In this document: piece after piece, positions 28,524 through 38,154 of the stretch
How the letters are laid out: each line of letters starts with the position of its first letter
How positions within the stretch are numbered: the first letter of the stretch is position 1
DNA from: a virus
Taxonomy: Duplodnaviria > Caudoviricetes
Direction: 5' to 3' (one strand)
Virus record (IMG/VR): IMGVR_UViG_3300009086_000041
Span: 1 to 38,981 of that record
Length of the DNA stretch: 38,981 nucleotides
Notes under the pieces: generated by a model
What the model was told of the DNA's origin: nothing
What the model saw: only the letters and a program-made list of their open reading frames with translations
The model's database searches: none
Position numbers and translations under genes: made by a program

Positions 28524-30995
28524 CTATTGCGGACCAGCTGCAGGAGCAGATATTGGTTCGTCTACCCGCTTACCGGCTTCAATATTTGTGCCTGCGGGCT
28601 CTGTAGTTAATGATGCTTGTGGAACAAGTTCGCCATTAACTATCTTGCTATAAAATCCTTTTCCTATACCAATACGTCTGCTTGTTTCTGCTCCGCCTTG
28701 ATTAGCATAACCTACAGCCTTTCTAAACGATTCACCTAATGCCGAAAAACTAGCTTCTGCTGGACTAATACCTTTGCTTTTAATATAAGCAACAGCAACT
28801 TTAGTTGCAATGATAGGATCATTTACTAGATCAGGATTATCTACAATTTGCGGTGTTCCAGCTTTCTTTCCGTATGTTTCATAATTGCCTTTAAATGTTA
28901 ACTGTATTAGTCCTCGACCTCTATATTTGTAACCTTCATTTTGAGCGTTACCGTATCTATTACCATATAAAGTATTACCAATTGCCGCAGGGCCTGCATT
29001 TGCAAGTTCTTGTGCAAAAGCGTCTGTTTTAACACGACTTGGATATACTTGACGTAATCGTTTAGCACTATAATTTAAGTTTTCACTTCTAGGTTTAAAA
29101 CTACACTCTGCTTGAGGCTGTGCCATTGCCATTGCAAGGTATTCTGCATTACCTGCTGTTACTCCTTCGGGATTATTATTAGGATTAGCACTGTTTAAGC
29201 AAGATGCAGGATCAAGACCAAGTGCTGTTATAAGTTGATTTAAGAAGTATTGCTGTAAGTCTGTTATTGGTACAGGTTTAGCAGGTTGATCGCCAACTGG
29301 ACCTACTTCTCCTGGAACTACTGATTGTGGACCATCAGCGTTTGCTGTTTTTCTATATTCGCCACTTACGGGCTGTTCGTCTCTTGCATCATTAACTAGT
29401 GGAGTTGACTCCCTTAATGTAGGACTAGGTGATGTAATAGGATTAGTTTTACTTGGTGTAAATGTTAGTGGATCTAAACTTTCATGTCCTAACCATGGTT
29501 CGTGTTGTGGAACTCTAACAGGGAATAAAGCAGGCGCTGCTACTAATGCTTGAGATGCTTCTGTTGCTTCTGCCGCCGAAGTTGCTGCTGGACCATTCAT
29601 GTGTATTTCTGTCGCTGTTTCGATATGGTTTCCGCCGCTTAATATTTGTGTATCGCCTTCGGCTGTAAAATAATTATATCCTGGCGTATTAAGATCTAAG
29701 TTTGCTTGTTTATCTTTTCTATCACCTACAGTAAGAATATCAAGTGTTGCGTTACTTGTTATAGAGTGAGCATCAGTAACTATTAAGTCTCCTGATCCTC
29801 CAACAAATAATTTTTGATTAGCGCCAACAAACTGATCTAAATCTGCACCAACATCAATTTTACTGTTAACACCAATTTTTACATCACTGTTTACAGCCGC
29901 TGTCATTTTATAGTCTCTGCCAGCATTAACATTAAAATCTCTACTTGCCGACATATTGATATCTCTGTCTGCACTTATGTTTAAATCAACTGAAGTTCTA
30001 ATAGATATACTGTCATCTGCAAAGATATCAATTTTACCGTTAGAAGACATTTCAATCCAGGAACTACCTCTAGCATTACCTATGTAAATTAAGTCTTCTG
30101 AATTATGTAATAATATTTGATGGCCTGTTCTAGTACGCAACCTTACAGATTCATTAAATGGTATAGTTGGCAATCCGTCTGTTTCGTCAAGTAATACATT
30201 TGCATATTCTGATGGGCCCGAACTAGCAAAACTTTTTCTTAAAAGTTTATCATCACCGTCGTCAAATACTAACGAAGTTCCTCCTAGTCTTGCTGAATGT
30301 ATATTATCTTTAGCACCATATACCCCTTGTGGTGATTTAGGTGCACCGTCCCTTTTATCTAACGGTCCAGGAGTTGACATACCAAATACCATGCTAGGAA
30401 CTTCACGCCTTGCACTTGCATTTGATAGTCCTCGAATTTCGTCTCTAAGTAACCCTTGAGCACCGAGTGTAATTTCAAAATCTTTGTTAACTGGTTTTAA
30501 ATATGTACTTGGTATATTTCCTGAAACTACACCAGGCACAGCTTTGTTAAATTCTCCGACTGGCAATCTCTGTTCTTGATCTTCATTATTAAACTTTGAT
30601 CCAGGACGAGATTCAGGAATTGTAAAATTCATATATGCGTCTTGTATACATCCAATCCAGTACCCATTACTAATATTGCCTTCAACAAATATTACCATAA
30701 CCTTAGTTCCTACGTCAGGCGGAACTGCCCAAAACCCTGATACTTGTTGCGTGTTTTGGTAGGTGTCATTTTTATTATTTCCGTTTAACGGAGTACTATT
30801 ATAAAAAGGCGACATATAAGAAACTGTAACAACTTGTCCAGTACGCTCTGGTTGGTTACCAGATGATGAATTCTTTAGTAATTCGACTTGTAAAGAACCC
30901 ATAAATTTAGTATCAAGATGGCTTACAATTATTGCTTCGTACGGTCCTGCATTCATCGGAGCCTTTGGTAATACTGATCTTCTTTCTTGTGCCAT
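28524..30995 (-). CDS. Central baseplate spike (gp5/gpV-like) fused to a C-terminal GH19-family peptidoglycan glycosidase (823 aa)
   Basis: OB-fold motif WAVPPDVGTKVMVIFVEG; RTRTGHQILL; 8-residue beta-helix repeats (ADRDINMS/ASRDFNVN/AGRDYKMT/VGADLDQF/VGANQKLF); GH19 motifs E..F....ENLNYS, YGNRYGN and GYKYRGRGLIQLT..NY. Confidence 0.88.
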   Translation of the reverse strand: MAQERRSVLPKAPMNAGPYEAIIVSHLDTKFMGSLQVELLKNSSSGNQPERTGQVVTVSYMSPFYNSTPLNGNNKNDTYQNTQQVSGFWAVPPDVGTKVMVIFVEGNISNGYWIGCIQDAYMNFTIPESRPGSKFNNEDQEQRLPVGEFNKAVPGVVSGNIPSTYLKPVNKDFEITLGAQGLLRDEIRGLSNASARREVPSMVFGMSTPGPLDKRDGAPKSPQGVYGAKDNIHSARLGGTSLVFDDGDDKLLRKSFASSGPSEYANVLLDETDGLPTIPFNESVRLRTRTGHQILLHNSEDLIYIGNARGSSWIEMSSNGKIDIFADDSISIRTSVDLNISADRDINMSASRDFNVNAGRDYKMTAAVNSDVKIGVNSKIDVGADLDQFVGANQKLFVGGSGDLIVTDAHSITSNATLDILTVGDRKDKQANLDLNTPGYNYFTAEGDTQILSGGNHIETATEIHMNGPAATSAAEATEASQALVAAPALFPVRVPQHEPWLGHESLDPLTFTPSKTNPITSPSPTLRESTPLVNDARDEQPVSGEYRKTANADGPQSVVPGEVGPVGDQPAKPVPITDLQQYFLNQLITALGLDPASCLNSANPNNNPEGVTAGNAEYLAMAMAQPQAECSFKPRSENLNYSAKRLRQVYPSRVKTDAFAQELANAGPAAIGNTLYGNRYGNAQNEGYKYRGRGLIQLTFKGNYETYGKKAGTPQIVDNPDLVNDPIIATKVAVAYIKSKGISPAEASFSALGESFRKAVGYANQGGAETSRRIGIGKGFYSKIVNGELVPQASLTTEPAGTNIEAGKRVDEPISAPAAGPQ

Positions 30996-30998
30996 ATT

Positions 30999-33296
30999 CT
31001 ATTGCGCCCCTATCTTATTAGATCCTTCGCCACTTAACGATGTTTCGTTACTGCCTTCTTTAATTACTGTTTCGGAATTTGGTGTTCCTAATGTTCCAGT
31101 ATCATTTTCTTGGTTAGCTATTCGAATTGCTTTTAATGTTTGTTTAAATTGTCCACCCTGAATTAAATTTGCTACTTGGAAAATTCTATATAATCCACTA
31201 AATGCTTTTACTGGTTGAGTATCGCTTGGAAATTCCATAGACCCATCTTGGGCATCGCCTGATTTATAATCAACAGGAGTTCTAAAATTTAATTTCATTA
31301 ATACTTCGTATTGCTCGTGTGACGGAGTATTATCAATAGTAAGTGATTTTTTAAATAGTGGATTAGGTAAAGCTGAATAGTTTCCTTGACCACTATCTGC
31401 TAGAAAAAATGGATCTCCCATAATTTCCATTTCAATGTTTATTAAGTCAACATTTGAGTTTACTAGTGCTTCTTGGAAGTCTCTTGCTATTCTAACGGCC
31501 GTAGTATTAGTTCCTCTGCCACCGCCTGAAAATCCGCTGTCTTGATTATCAGCTTGTCTTGATTGTGACGACCCGGAGTCACTTTTTACGTCTCCAACAC
31601 CGTCAGCTGTTTTAACTTTTACCGAATCATTTGGCTTAGCAGAATCTACAGTAGATAACTTTTCAGCAGCTGAACCTTCACCGATATCTGAAGATATTGA
31701 TTTATAATATGCATTATCAAGTGTAATATCAAAGTTTAATATATCTTTGTTTAACCCAGAATAGATGTAATTGTATTCTTTAACAACTCTTTTTGTTTTT
31801 GCTTTTATTCCTGTAGCAGGTGCATTTGTAGCTTTAAAAATAGAAGCATCAACAAAGTATGGATATACTCTATATACAAATAACCTGGGATGTTCTCCGG
31901 TTGCTGTCACAGCTTCAGGGTCTTCGTTTAGAAATACCTGTGTGTCAATTCTAAACCACGGTATATCACCTTCAGAATTTTCTTTAGTAAATGCGGATAT
32001 TGCTTTACCGTAGTCACTTAATAAAATTAGTTCTTCTATTATTCTTTCAATTGACGCACCTTTAGCAAAAGTAAAAGTTTTAAATTTATTACTAATCGAA
32101 AGTTTGTCGCTTCTAAAAACTTTTTTCTCTTTATCGTGTGTGAACTTAGATAGCCCAAACGGAACATCACCTTGATCAATAAAACTTCCTGTTATTTTAG
32201 CTTTACCAATATCGTTTGCGTTGTCAAGAGATTCTGATTGTTTTTTAACAGCCTCTTCTGTTGCTGTTTGTTTTTTGCCGGCTGATATTGCTAATATTCT
32301 TTCTCTAAATTCTTCAAAGTTAGCAGGTACTTTCTCATCGGAGCCACTAATACTTTCGTATAACTTTTGCATATATTCTTCTTCTGTAGTAGCTGCGCCT
32401 TCTTCATTAGTTAATAATGTTGACAGCTCTTTTGGAAATAAAAATACATATTGATCTGGTGATTTAATTTGTTTTTTATCTTTTTGTGTTAACAATCGTT
32501 CGTTAAGAACTGATGACAAACTTTGTGCTCCTGTCTGTAACAATGTTAACATATTATCACCTGTTAATACTACATCAGTTTTAACAGTTTGTATTTCATC
32601 CGATAATGCTGTTTCATTCCATGCTACTGCTCTAACAGCATAATGGCTTCCGCCCTGGTCAACTCTTAAAGAGGAATTAATTAACTTAATTGGAAAGTGC
32701 CTTATTTCGTTTGTTGGTATAATATTACCATCGTCATCGTAACCTACAAATTTAATACTTAATAAAAAAGGAGCTCTATTATATGAAGAATCATCACCGT
32801 TTGCTTGCTTTACAGCAGCTTGAAGTGTTTGATAAAATAATCCCATACTGTAAGGTTCAGTAATATCAAAGCCGATCATAGTAGCATTAGTAGTACGTGT
32901 TCTTGTTGTAGGCATCATAATTGTTGCAATATCAATATTATCAATAAAGTATTCAATCTGCTTACTGCCAGTTTCGTATGCTGTTAGCACTTTTTTAGCG
33001 CCTGCGCCGCCACCGGACTGTAATATAATTGCACTACCTGAGCCGGTTATTCTATATGTTAAGTCTGGATTGTTAACTTCATAAGGACTTAGTGCTGACA
33101 ATGTTATAATAGTATTAGAACTAGAATATTTTTCTAATGTGTTAGGCAGTGGCAAGCCGCCAAGCATTTCTCTAAAAAAGTCTTCAGCATTTTGATTACC
33201 GGAAGATTTGTTACTTTCCTGTGTCGGCTTTTCTGTTGATTCTTCTGTAGGAGGTGTGCCGCTACTAACTTCTATGTTTCCGCCATTGTCAGCCAA
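30999..33296 (-). CDS. Putative baseplate hub protein (gp27/gpD-like, 765 aa)
   Basis: Position between the gp53-like gene and the spike; C-terminal MEIMGDPFFL and FSGLYRIFQVANLIQGGQFKQTLKAIR resemble hub C-termini; TTG start with RBS AGGAG. Confidence 0.65.
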   Translation of the reverse strand: MADNGGNIEVSSGTPPTEESTEKPTQESNKSSGNQNAEDFFREMLGGLPLPNTLEKYSSSNTIITLSALSPYEVNNPDLTYRITGSGSAIILQSGGGAGAKKVLTAYETGSKQIEYFIDNIDIATIMMPTTRTRTTNATMIGFDITEPYSMGLFYQTLQAAVKQANGDDSSYNRAPFLLSIKFVGYDDDGNIIPTNEIRHFPIKLINSSLRVDQGGSHYAVRAVAWNETALSDEIQTVKTDVVLTGDNMLTLLQTGAQSLSSVLNERLLTQKDKKQIKSPDQYVFLFPKELSTLLTNEEGAATTEEEYMQKLYESISGSDEKVPANFEEFRERILAISAGKKQTATEEAVKKQSESLDNANDIGKAKITGSFIDQGDVPFGLSKFTHDKEKKVFRSDKLSISNKFKTFTFAKGASIERIIEELILLSDYGKAISAFTKENSEGDIPWFRIDTQVFLNEDPEAVTATGEHPRLFVYRVYPYFVDASIFKATNAPATGIKAKTKRVVKEYNYIYSGLNKDILNFDITLDNAYYKSISSDIGEGSAAEKLSTVDSAKPNDSVKVKTADGVGDVKSDSGSSQSRQADNQDSGFSGGGRGTNTTAVRIARDFQEALVNSNVDLINIEMEIMGDPFFLADSGQGNYSALPNPLFKKSLTIDNTPSHEQYEVLMKLNFRTPVDYKSGDAQDGSMEFPSDTQPVKAFSGLYRIFQVANLIQGGQFKQTLKAIRIANQENDTGTLGTPNSETVIKEGSNETSLSGEGSNKIGAQ

Positions 33297-33297
33297 T

Positions 33298-33600
33298 TTA
33301 TACTCCTAAAAGTCTTTTTAATTTTGAATCTTGTGGAAGATAAATTTCAGTGCCTGCAATCATGTCATAGATTGGATCTTTAATTACATCCATATTACGT
33401 TGTGCAAAAACCCACCATAATTTGCTGTCACCGTAAACGTCATATGCTAGTAAGTCTGGTCTATGTGTATATTGAGGTTGTATAGTATATAACACATCAT
33501 CCGACTCTTTTGGAACAGGTCTGATTTTTAAAATTCCTAGGTACTCTTGACCCTCAATTTTAGTAGTGTGCCACGGACTGCTTGTTGTATATGTTGCCAT
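33298..33600 (-). CDS. Baseplate wedge protein, gp53/LysM-like (100 aa)
   Basis: YTHRPDLLAYDVYGDSKLWWVFAQRN...G..IYLP motif; TAATG coupling to the upstream gene. Confidence 0.88.
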   Translation of the reverse strand: MATYTTSSPWHTTKIEGQEYLGILKIRPVPKESDDVLYTIQPQYTHRPDLLAYDVYGDSKLWWVFAQRNMDVIKDPIYDMIAGTEIYLPQDSKLKRLLGV

Positions 33601-34406
33601 TAAATGTACCCGTTACCTTTTCCAATATAGTCGCCGTTAACAAATGAACTCATACTAAATGCTTGTACTTTACTACGAGAGTAAACTGGTGATAATGTTA
33701 CCGCTACTTGGCTTTGTGCCGGAACAAAAGAAAAGTTGCCTCCGCCTTCTGGAAAGTCAGTTTTTAAGTAATCAACATCTGCTGGCATATCAACTGTAAA
33801 GTTTTTAATAATACACGAAACATCATTAAACACAAAGTCTCCATATCCGTTTAGTTTAACAACTGGTGGCGGATTACCTGAATTATCGCCGGTACCATAA
33901 AACATCTTAGTTACTGTTCGTAGGTAATGCACAGCAGCACACCAATATCGTGCTTCTTCTGAATTTTGAACAAAAAAGTCGCCTGTAATAACCATATCAT
34001 CCACTTGTGATGATTGATAGTTGTAAAACGGATAATTACTATGTATAGGCTGCAAAGCATTATAATTTGCACTATGACTCATTAAAATTGTTGGAGTGTA
34101 AGGAAAACATAAGCCGCCTGTTTTATTTAAAGGAGCAAATGCTTTATTATCTTTATTCGTTATAATTTTTGGAATGCTTAATTTGACTCGCCAATCATTG
34201 CCTTCATCTTCTTTAATACTTGCTGAGGCAAAATCTGCTTTCAGCGGATCACTACTAGGTCCGCCACGTAACAACTTACCAAGGCCAGCTGCATCGGCAA
34301 TATCTTCTAAAGCACCTTTTCCTGCATCCACTAAGGAATTACCGGTCTTTTCTAATGATGAGCCAAAACTTTTGCCTGCTTTTTGTAATGCTGAACCAAT
34401 TGACAT
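33600..34406 (-). CDS. Putative baseplate tail-tube initiator (gp48/gp54-like, 268 aa)
   Basis: First gene of the baseplate module; FPYTPTI...ITGDF...PPPVVKLNGYG...CIIKNFTVD pattern resembles tube-fold initiators; RBS AGGAG. Confidence 0.65.
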   Translation of the reverse strand: MSIGSALQKAGKSFGSSLEKTGNSLVDAGKGALEDIADAAGLGKLLRGGPSSDPLKADFASASIKEDEGNDWRVKLSIPKIITNKDNKAFAPLNKTGGLCFPYTPTILMSHSANYNALQPIHSNYPFYNYQSSQVDDMVITGDFFVQNSEEARYWCAAVHYLRTVTKMFYGTGDNSGNPPPVVKLNGYGDFVFNDVSCIIKNFTVDMPADVDYLKTDFPEGGGNFSFVPAQSQVAVTLSPVYSRSKVQAFSMSSFVNGDYIGKGNGYI

Positions 34407-34424
34407 ATTACTCTCCTATATAAA

Positions 34425-34433
34425 GTATTTAGT
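34425..34433 (-). promoter_or_regulatory. Putative late promoter ACTAAATAC heading the baseplate operon
   Basis: TAAATAC core upstream of RBS AGGAG and ATG 34406. Confidence 0.75.
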
Positions 34434-34461
34434 TGACTTTATTAACAGAGTAGTTTATAAT
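34433..34461 (+). promoter_or_regulatory. Sigma70-type promoter for the late sigma factor gene
   Basis: TTGACT (34433-34438), 17-nt spacer, TATAAT (34456-34461); RBS GGAGA at 34476-34480. Confidence 0.88.
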
Positions 34462-34484
34462 AGATACTAACAACTGGAGAAACT

Positions 34485-35312
34485 ATGAGAAAAGTAAATT
34501 ATTTAAATAATAAAGACATACTGAAAGAAATACACAAGTCTAAATCTAAATTTAGCAGTTTTACCGAAGAGTCGTTTGCTCAATTTGATATCATACTACC
34601 ATCGATTGACAAAATTAACATCAGAACCATTGCTGAAGCAAAACGTAATAAAGCAAAAAGATTGCAAGTAGAAGCATTTGATGCGTCTAAACTAGCAGGT
34701 GAAAAGCGTAAACAAGCAGAGTTTGAAGTCGATTATCGTAAAATTAGCAAATACGAACTAGTATTTCGTATTATGTCATTTGACCATATTCCTGAAGAGC
34801 CTGGTCGTAAGAAAAATCCTAAAACAATAGCAGATACAAAAACTAAACTTAATTTTCCGCCGTTTGTACACTACATGTTTAATGACAAGGACGAACTAGA
34901 ACTGGTAGGTAAGAGTCATTGGATTGGTGGTATGGGTAACGGATACTTTTCTAAAGACCATACACAGGTAACAGAAAAACTTGCTCGCATGTGGATGAAG
35001 TTATGTGACAGATATGCCACCAGAGGTAACGTTAGAGGTTATACATATAACGACGAAATGAAAGGGCAAGCAATTTTACAACTTGCTCAGATCGGCTTAC
35101 AATTTGACGAATCAAAATCAAATAATCCGTTTGCATATTACACTGCCGCTGTAACTAACAGTTTTGTACGTGTTATTAATATTGAAAAACGTAATCAGAA
35201 CATTCGAGATGATATTTTAGAAATGAACAATATGAATCCTAGTTATACTAGACAGCATAGCGGAGAATGGGAAGCACAACAAAAAAGAGAAATGGAAAAA
35301 ACCTCTAAATAG
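34485..35312 (+). CDS. Late-transcription sigma factor, T4 gp55-like (275 aa)
   Basis: NYLNNKDILKEI N-terminus and NVRGYTYNDEM...FDESKSNNPFAYYT motifs; canonical position upstream of gp47-gp46. Confidence 0.88.
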   Translation: MRKVNYLNNKDILKEIHKSKSKFSSFTEESFAQFDIILPSIDKINIRTIAEAKRNKAKRLQVEAFDASKLAGEKRKQAEFEVDYRKISKYELVFRIMSFDHIPEEPGRKKNPKTIADTKTKLNFPPFVHYMFNDKDELELVGKSHWIGGMGNGYFSKDHTQVTEKLARMWMKLCDRYATRGNVRGYTYNDEMKGQAILQLAQIGLQFDESKSNNPFAYYTAAVTNSFVRVINIEKRNQNIRDDILEMNNMNPSYTRQHSGEWEAQQKREMEKTSK

Positions 35313-35316
35313 GGGC

Positions 35317-35345
35317 TTGACATTTGTCTATATTTACGTTATACT
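35317..35345 (+). promoter_or_regulatory. Sigma70-type promoter for gp47-gp46
   Basis: TTGACA (35317-35322), 17-nt spacer, TATACT (35340-35345); RBS AAGGA before TTG 35372. Confidence 0.88.
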
Positions 35346-35371
35346 ATTAACTAAGATTAAAGGACTTTATT

Positions 35372-36382
35372 TTGTTTAAAAAAGCTGCTGTCTTTACAGA
35401 CATACATTTTGGACTAAAAAGCAATAGTCGTTTGCACAATGAAGATTGTGAAACGTTTATTGACTGGTACATAGAAACTGCAAAAGAGAACGGGTGTGAA
35501 ACCGGTATTTTCTGCGGTGACTGGCACCATAATAGAAATAGTCTAAACTTGAATACTATGGATTCAACTATCCGTAGCATGGAAAAACTTGGAAAAGCAT
35601 TTGATCAATTTTTCTTCTTTGACGGTAATCATGATTTGTATTACAAAGATAAAAGAGATGTTAATTCTACAGCATTTGCAAAACACATTCCGGGTATTAC
35701 ATTTGTTGACGAATTTACAGTAATTGAAGATGTTGCAATTGTACCTTGGTTAGTAGGCGACGAATGGAAAAAGATACAAAAGTGTAATGCAAAGTACATG
35801 TTTGGTCATTTTGAACTGCCTAGTTTTTATATGAATGCATTAGTAAAAATGCCTGACCACGGAGACTTGCGTCCTGAACATTTTAAAAATCAAGAATATG
35901 TGTTTAGTGGACATTTCCACAAAAGACAACAACAAGGAAAGATTCATTACATTGGTAATGCAATGCCTCACAACTATGCAGATGCATGGGACGATGATAG
36001 AGGAATGATGATTCTTGATAGAGAAAATGATAAAGAGCCCGAATACATTAATTGGCCTGACTGTCCAAAGTATCGTACAGTAAAACTTAGCCAGTTACTT
36101 GATCCAAGTTCCGATATTATTAAAAGTAAAATGTATCTTAGAGTTACGATAGATTTACCTATTAGTTACGAAGAAGCAAGTTTCATTAAAGAAACGTTTA
36201 TTAATGAACACGGATGTAGAGAAATTAGTTTAATAACTCAACAACAAATTGAAGAAATGTCTACTGAACTTGATATTCAACAATTTGAAAGTGTAGACCA
36301 AATTGTTGCTGGAGAAATATCTGCACTCGACACTGAAAACTATAACAAGAAAACGCTATTGGATATTTATAACGAGCTATGA
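35372..36382 (+). CDS. Recombination/repair nuclease subunit, T4 gp47 / Mre11-SbcD family (336 aa)
   Basis: Metallophosphoesterase motifs TDIHFG, GDWHH, GNHD, GHF and SGHFH. Confidence 0.95.
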   Translation: MFKKAAVFTDIHFGLKSNSRLHNEDCETFIDWYIETAKENGCETGIFCGDWHHNRNSLNLNTMDSTIRSMEKLGKAFDQFFFFDGNHDLYYKDKRDVNSTAFAKHIPGITFVDEFTVIEDVAIVPWLVGDEWKKIQKCNAKYMFGHFELPSFYMNALVKMPDHGDLRPEHFKNQEYVFSGHFHKRQQQGKIHYIGNAMPHNYADAWDDDRGMMILDRENDKEPEYINWPDCPKYRTVKLSQLLDPSSDIIKSKMYLRVTIDLPISYEEASFIKETFINEHGCREISLITQQQIEEMSTELDIQQFESVDQIVAGEISALDTENYNKKTLLDIYNEL

Positions 36383-38154
36383 TAAAACTTAAAGATCTTA
36401 CTGTAAAGAATTTTATGAGTGTGGGTAATCAAACCCAAGCTGTTGACTTTAATAAAGAACAACTTACACTTGTACTAGGTGAAAATTTAGATCAAGGCGG
36501 CGATGACAGCGGCTCACGTAATGGTACTGGTAAAACTACTATTATTAATGCACTTTCATATGCGTTGTACGGTTCAGCACTTACTAATATTAAACGCAAT
36601 AACTTAATCAACAAAACAAACTCTAAGGCAATGTTGGTTACGTTACACTTTGAAAAAAATAATATAGACTACAGAATTGAACGTGGTCGTAGTCCCAATA
36701 TTATGAAATTTTATATTAACGACCAAGAACAGCAAATGGTCGATGAATCACAAGGTGATAGTAGACAGACACAAAAAGATATTGATGGCTTGTTAGATAT
36801 GAGTCACGACATGTTCAAACACATTGTTGCACTTAATACATATACTGAGCCGTTTTTAGCAATGCGTACAAACGATCAACGTGCTATTATTGAACAATTG
36901 TTAGGTATTACATTATTGTCTGAAAAGGCAAATACACTAAAAGACGAAACTAAAAAAACACGTGATGCTATTCAAGAAGAAACAATGCGTATTAACGCTG
37001 TACAGTCAGCTAACGAAAAAATCGAAGCAACAATCGGCGGATTACAAAGTAAGCAAAAAGCATGGCTCAGTAAACGTACTTCTGATGTCTTAAAATTAAA
37101 AGAAGGTATCGACGAACTAGAGCATTTAGATATTGATAAAGAGTTAGAATTCCACGAAAAATTATCAAACTGGAATGAACATAATACAGCTATTATGGCT
37201 CTTAGAAAAGAACTAAGCACACTGGAACCTGCATTAGTACGTGCTGATAAAAGTGTCAATAAGTTAACTAAAGATATTGCAGATTTAGAAGATGCAACAT
37301 GTTACACTTGCGGACAAGAGCTTCATGCAGACAAAAAAGCTGAAATTGAGGCAAAGAAAGTAAAAGAATTAGATGACGCAGTTACATATCAAAAAGAAAT
37401 AAGTGACAAACTAGTTGATGTTGCAAAAGGCTTAGAAGATATCGGTGACATTAACGGCAAGCCTACTACATTTTATGAAACAGCAAAAGAAGCATATGAA
37501 CATAGACAAAATGTTGATGCTCTTAAACAAGCATGGGAAACAAAGAAGCAAGAAGAAGATCCTTATCAATCACAAATAGACGATCTTAATAACGAAGCAA
37601 TACAAGTAATTGATTGGGCTCCTGTTAACGATCTTACTGACTTTAAAGACCATCAAGAGTTTTTACTAAAACTATTAACTAACAAAGACAGTTTTATACG
37701 TAAAAAGATTATTGATCAAAACTTAGCATACCTTAATAATAGATTAACATACTATCTAGATAAGTTAGGATTGCCGCACTTGGTTATTTTCCAGAATGAC
37801 CTAAGTGTAGAAATTACGCAACTTGGTCAAGACTTAGACTTTGATAATTTATCAAGAGGCGAGCGTAATAGATTAATATTAGGAATGAGTTTTGCATTCC
37901 GTGATGTTTGGGAAAGTTTATATCAAAAAATTAATTTGATGTTTATCGACGAACTAATTGATAGCGGAATGGATACCGCAGGCGTTGAAGGTTCGCTTGC
38001 TGTTTTAAAGAAAATGGGACGAGAAGGCGGAAAGAATGTATTCTTAATCTCGCACAAAGATGAATTAATTGGTAGAGTTAATAACGTACTAAAGGTAATA
38101 AAAGAAAACGGTTATACCAGTTATGAAAATGACATAGAAGTTTACGAAGAATGA
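36379..38154 (+). CDS. Recombination/repair ATPase subunit, T4 gp46 / Rad50-SbcC family (591 aa)
   Basis: KNFMS, Walker A NGTGKTT, coiled coil with CYTC zinc hook, signature LSRGE, Walker B FIDE, H-loop ISH; ATGA overlap with gp47. Confidence 0.96.
   Translation: MIKLKDLTVKNFMSVGNQTQAVDFNKEQLTLVLGENLDQGGDDSGSRNGTGKTTIINALSYALYGSALTNIKRNNLINKTNSKAMLVTLHFEKNNIDYRIERGRSPNIMKFYINDQEQQMVDESQGDSRQTQKDIDGLLDMSHDMFKHIVALNTYTEPFLAMRTNDQRAIIEQLLGITLLSEKANTLKDETKKTRDAIQEETMRINAVQSANEKIEATIGGLQSKQKAWLSKRTSDVLKLKEGIDELEHLDIDKELEFHEKLSNWNEHNTAIMALRKELSTLEPALVRADKSVNKLTKDIADLEDATCYTCGQELHADKKAEIEAKKVKELDDAVTYQKEISDKLVDVAKGLEDIGDINGKPTTFYETAKEAYEHRQNVDALKQAWETKKQEEDPYQSQIDDLNNEAIQVIDWAPVNDLTDFKDHQEFLLKLLTNKDSFIRKKIIDQNLAYLNNRLTYYLDKLGLPHLVIFQNDLSVEITQLGQDLDFDNLSRGERNRLILGMSFAFRDVWESLYQKINLMFIDELIDSGMDTAGVEGSLAVLKKMGREGGKNVFLISHKDELIGRVNNVLKVIKENGYTSYENDIEVYEE

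Noticed and set aside
28065-34406. Bacterial contractile injection system or tailocin interpretation
   Set aside because: The adjacent gp55/gp47/gp46 genes, T4-type late promoters and absence of host genes indicate a lytic phage genome.
48-37259. Numerous 60-167 aa ORFs antisense to or nested in the long genes (e.g. 7587..8054, 18325..18777, 27342..27845, 34174..34470, 36972..37259)
   Set aside because: They are shadow ORFs fully or largely overlapping well-supported genes, with no recognisable motifs.
37849-37863. LSRGE instead of LSGGE ABC signature in gp46
   Set aside because: The second position of the signature varies among phage gp46/Rad50 proteins, and all other motifs are intact.
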